In this document: piece after piece, positions 63,333 through 64,000 of the stretch
Position numbering within the stretch: position 1 is the stretch's first letter
How the letters are laid out: the number at the start of each line of letters is the position of its first letter
NCBI GenBank assembly: GCA_016184305.1
Contig: JACPCX010000179.1
Coordinates: 1 to 64,000 of the forward strand
Source: Candidatus Rokuibacteriota bacterium
Lineage (GTDB): Bacteria; Methylomirabilota; Methylomirabilia; Rokubacteriales; CSP1-6
Reading direction: 5' to 3'
Length of the DNA: 64,000 nucleotides
Notes under the pieces: model-generated
Seen by the model: the letters and a program-made list of their open reading frames with translations, nothing else
What the model was told of the DNA's origin: nothing
Databases searched by the model: none
Translations under genes and position numbers: made by a program

Positions 63333-63742
63333 GACCGCTCAAGGTCCTGGTCGCGAAGCCCGGGCTCGACGGTCACGACCGGGGAGCCAAGGTGGTGGCC
63401 CAGGCCCTTCGGGACGCGGGGATGGAGGTGATCTACACGGGACTCAAGCGCAGCCCCGAGGAGATCGTGGCCGGGGCGGTGCAGGAGGACGTGGACGTCG
63501 TGGGGCTCTCCATCCTGTCGGGGGCGCACACCCTGCTCTGCGAGCGGGTGGTCCGCGGGCTCAGGGCCGCGGGGGCCGGGGGCATCAGGGTCGCGGTGGG
63601 CGGCACCATCCCTCAGGCCGAGGTGGCGACACTGCAGGCGGCAGGCGCATGGGCCGTGTTCCCCATGGGGACGCCGCTGCCCGCGATCGTCGAGGCATTC
63701 CAGCAACTCGGCCCGGCTGCGGATCCGGCCGCCACCCGCTGA
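63329..63742 (+). CDS. Acyl-CoA mutase cobalamin-binding small subunit
   Basis: [42 protein letters not shown]. Confidence 0.95.
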   Translation: MRPLKVLVAKPGLDGHDRGAKVVAQALRDAGMEVIYTGLKRSPEEIVAGAVQEDVDVVGLSILSGAHTLLCERVVRGLRAAGAGGIRVAVGGTIPQAEVATLQAAGAWAVFPMGTPLPAIVEAFQQLGPAADPAATR

Positions 63743-63753
63743 GGAGGATGCAC

Positions 63754-64000
63754 ATGGCGAGGGAGAAGAAGATCACGGACGTGGTGCTGCACTCGGGGCT
63801 CCCCGTGAAGCCGGTATACGGCCCCGTGGATCTCGCCGGCTTCGATCCGGCCCGCGAGCTCGGCGCGCCGGGCGAGTACCCCTTCACGCGCGGGATCCAT
63901 CCGGAGATGTACCGAGCGCGGTTGTGGACGATGCGCCAGTACGTCGGCTTCGGGACGCCGGGAGAGACCAACGGCCGCTTCAAGTACCTGATGGCCCATG
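63754..64000 (+). CDS. Methylmalonyl-CoA mutase-family large subunit (5' part only)
   Basis: [40 protein letters not shown]. Confidence 0.92.
   Translation, partial: MAREKKITDVVLHSGLPVKPVYGPVDLAGFDPARELGAPGEYPFTRGIHPEMYRARLWTMRQYVGFGTPGETNGRFKYLMAH

Overview
GC-rich bacterial chromosomal window with almost all genes on the + strand. Gene content and repeat style suggest Ca. Rokubacteria/Methylomirabilota, which is an inference only. Positions 1-48 kb are housekeeping: uvrB(3' end)-uvrC, leuS-lptE-holA, rpsT, murJ-xerD-cca-pyrG-kdsA-kdsD-kdsC, lptCAB-rpoN-hpf-rapZ-GH57, metK-ahcY-UPF0182, a fused lptF-lptG, valS-birA-coaX, guaB3-guaA, an intein-containing dnaE, accA and miaB. Positions 49-64 kb are a catabolic locus: lone PaaA-like diiron protein, Liv-type ABC transporter, PaaI, hydantoinase/oxoprolinase A+B, MaoC, SDR, thiolase+DUF35 and a split B12 mutase. 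Three genes in that locus are damaged. The least ordinary signals lie between genes. (i) A dispersed 66-79 bp repeat family occurs at 4 loci, with a co-varying hairpin inside a hammerhead-like CCGATGA...GAAG frame. (ii) A second REP-like family brackets kdsA as 63 bp inverted repeats, is translated in frame at its N-terminus, and is also nested in a MITE. (iii) These insertions repeatedly form short ORFs whose start and stop codons overlap or abut the neighbouring genes, apparently preserving translational coupling. Also seen: tandem NrdR-like boxes at the guaB3 promoter, a bidirectional -10 element, and an in-frame deletion in metK. No rRNA, tRNA, CRISPR array or transposase was recognised.
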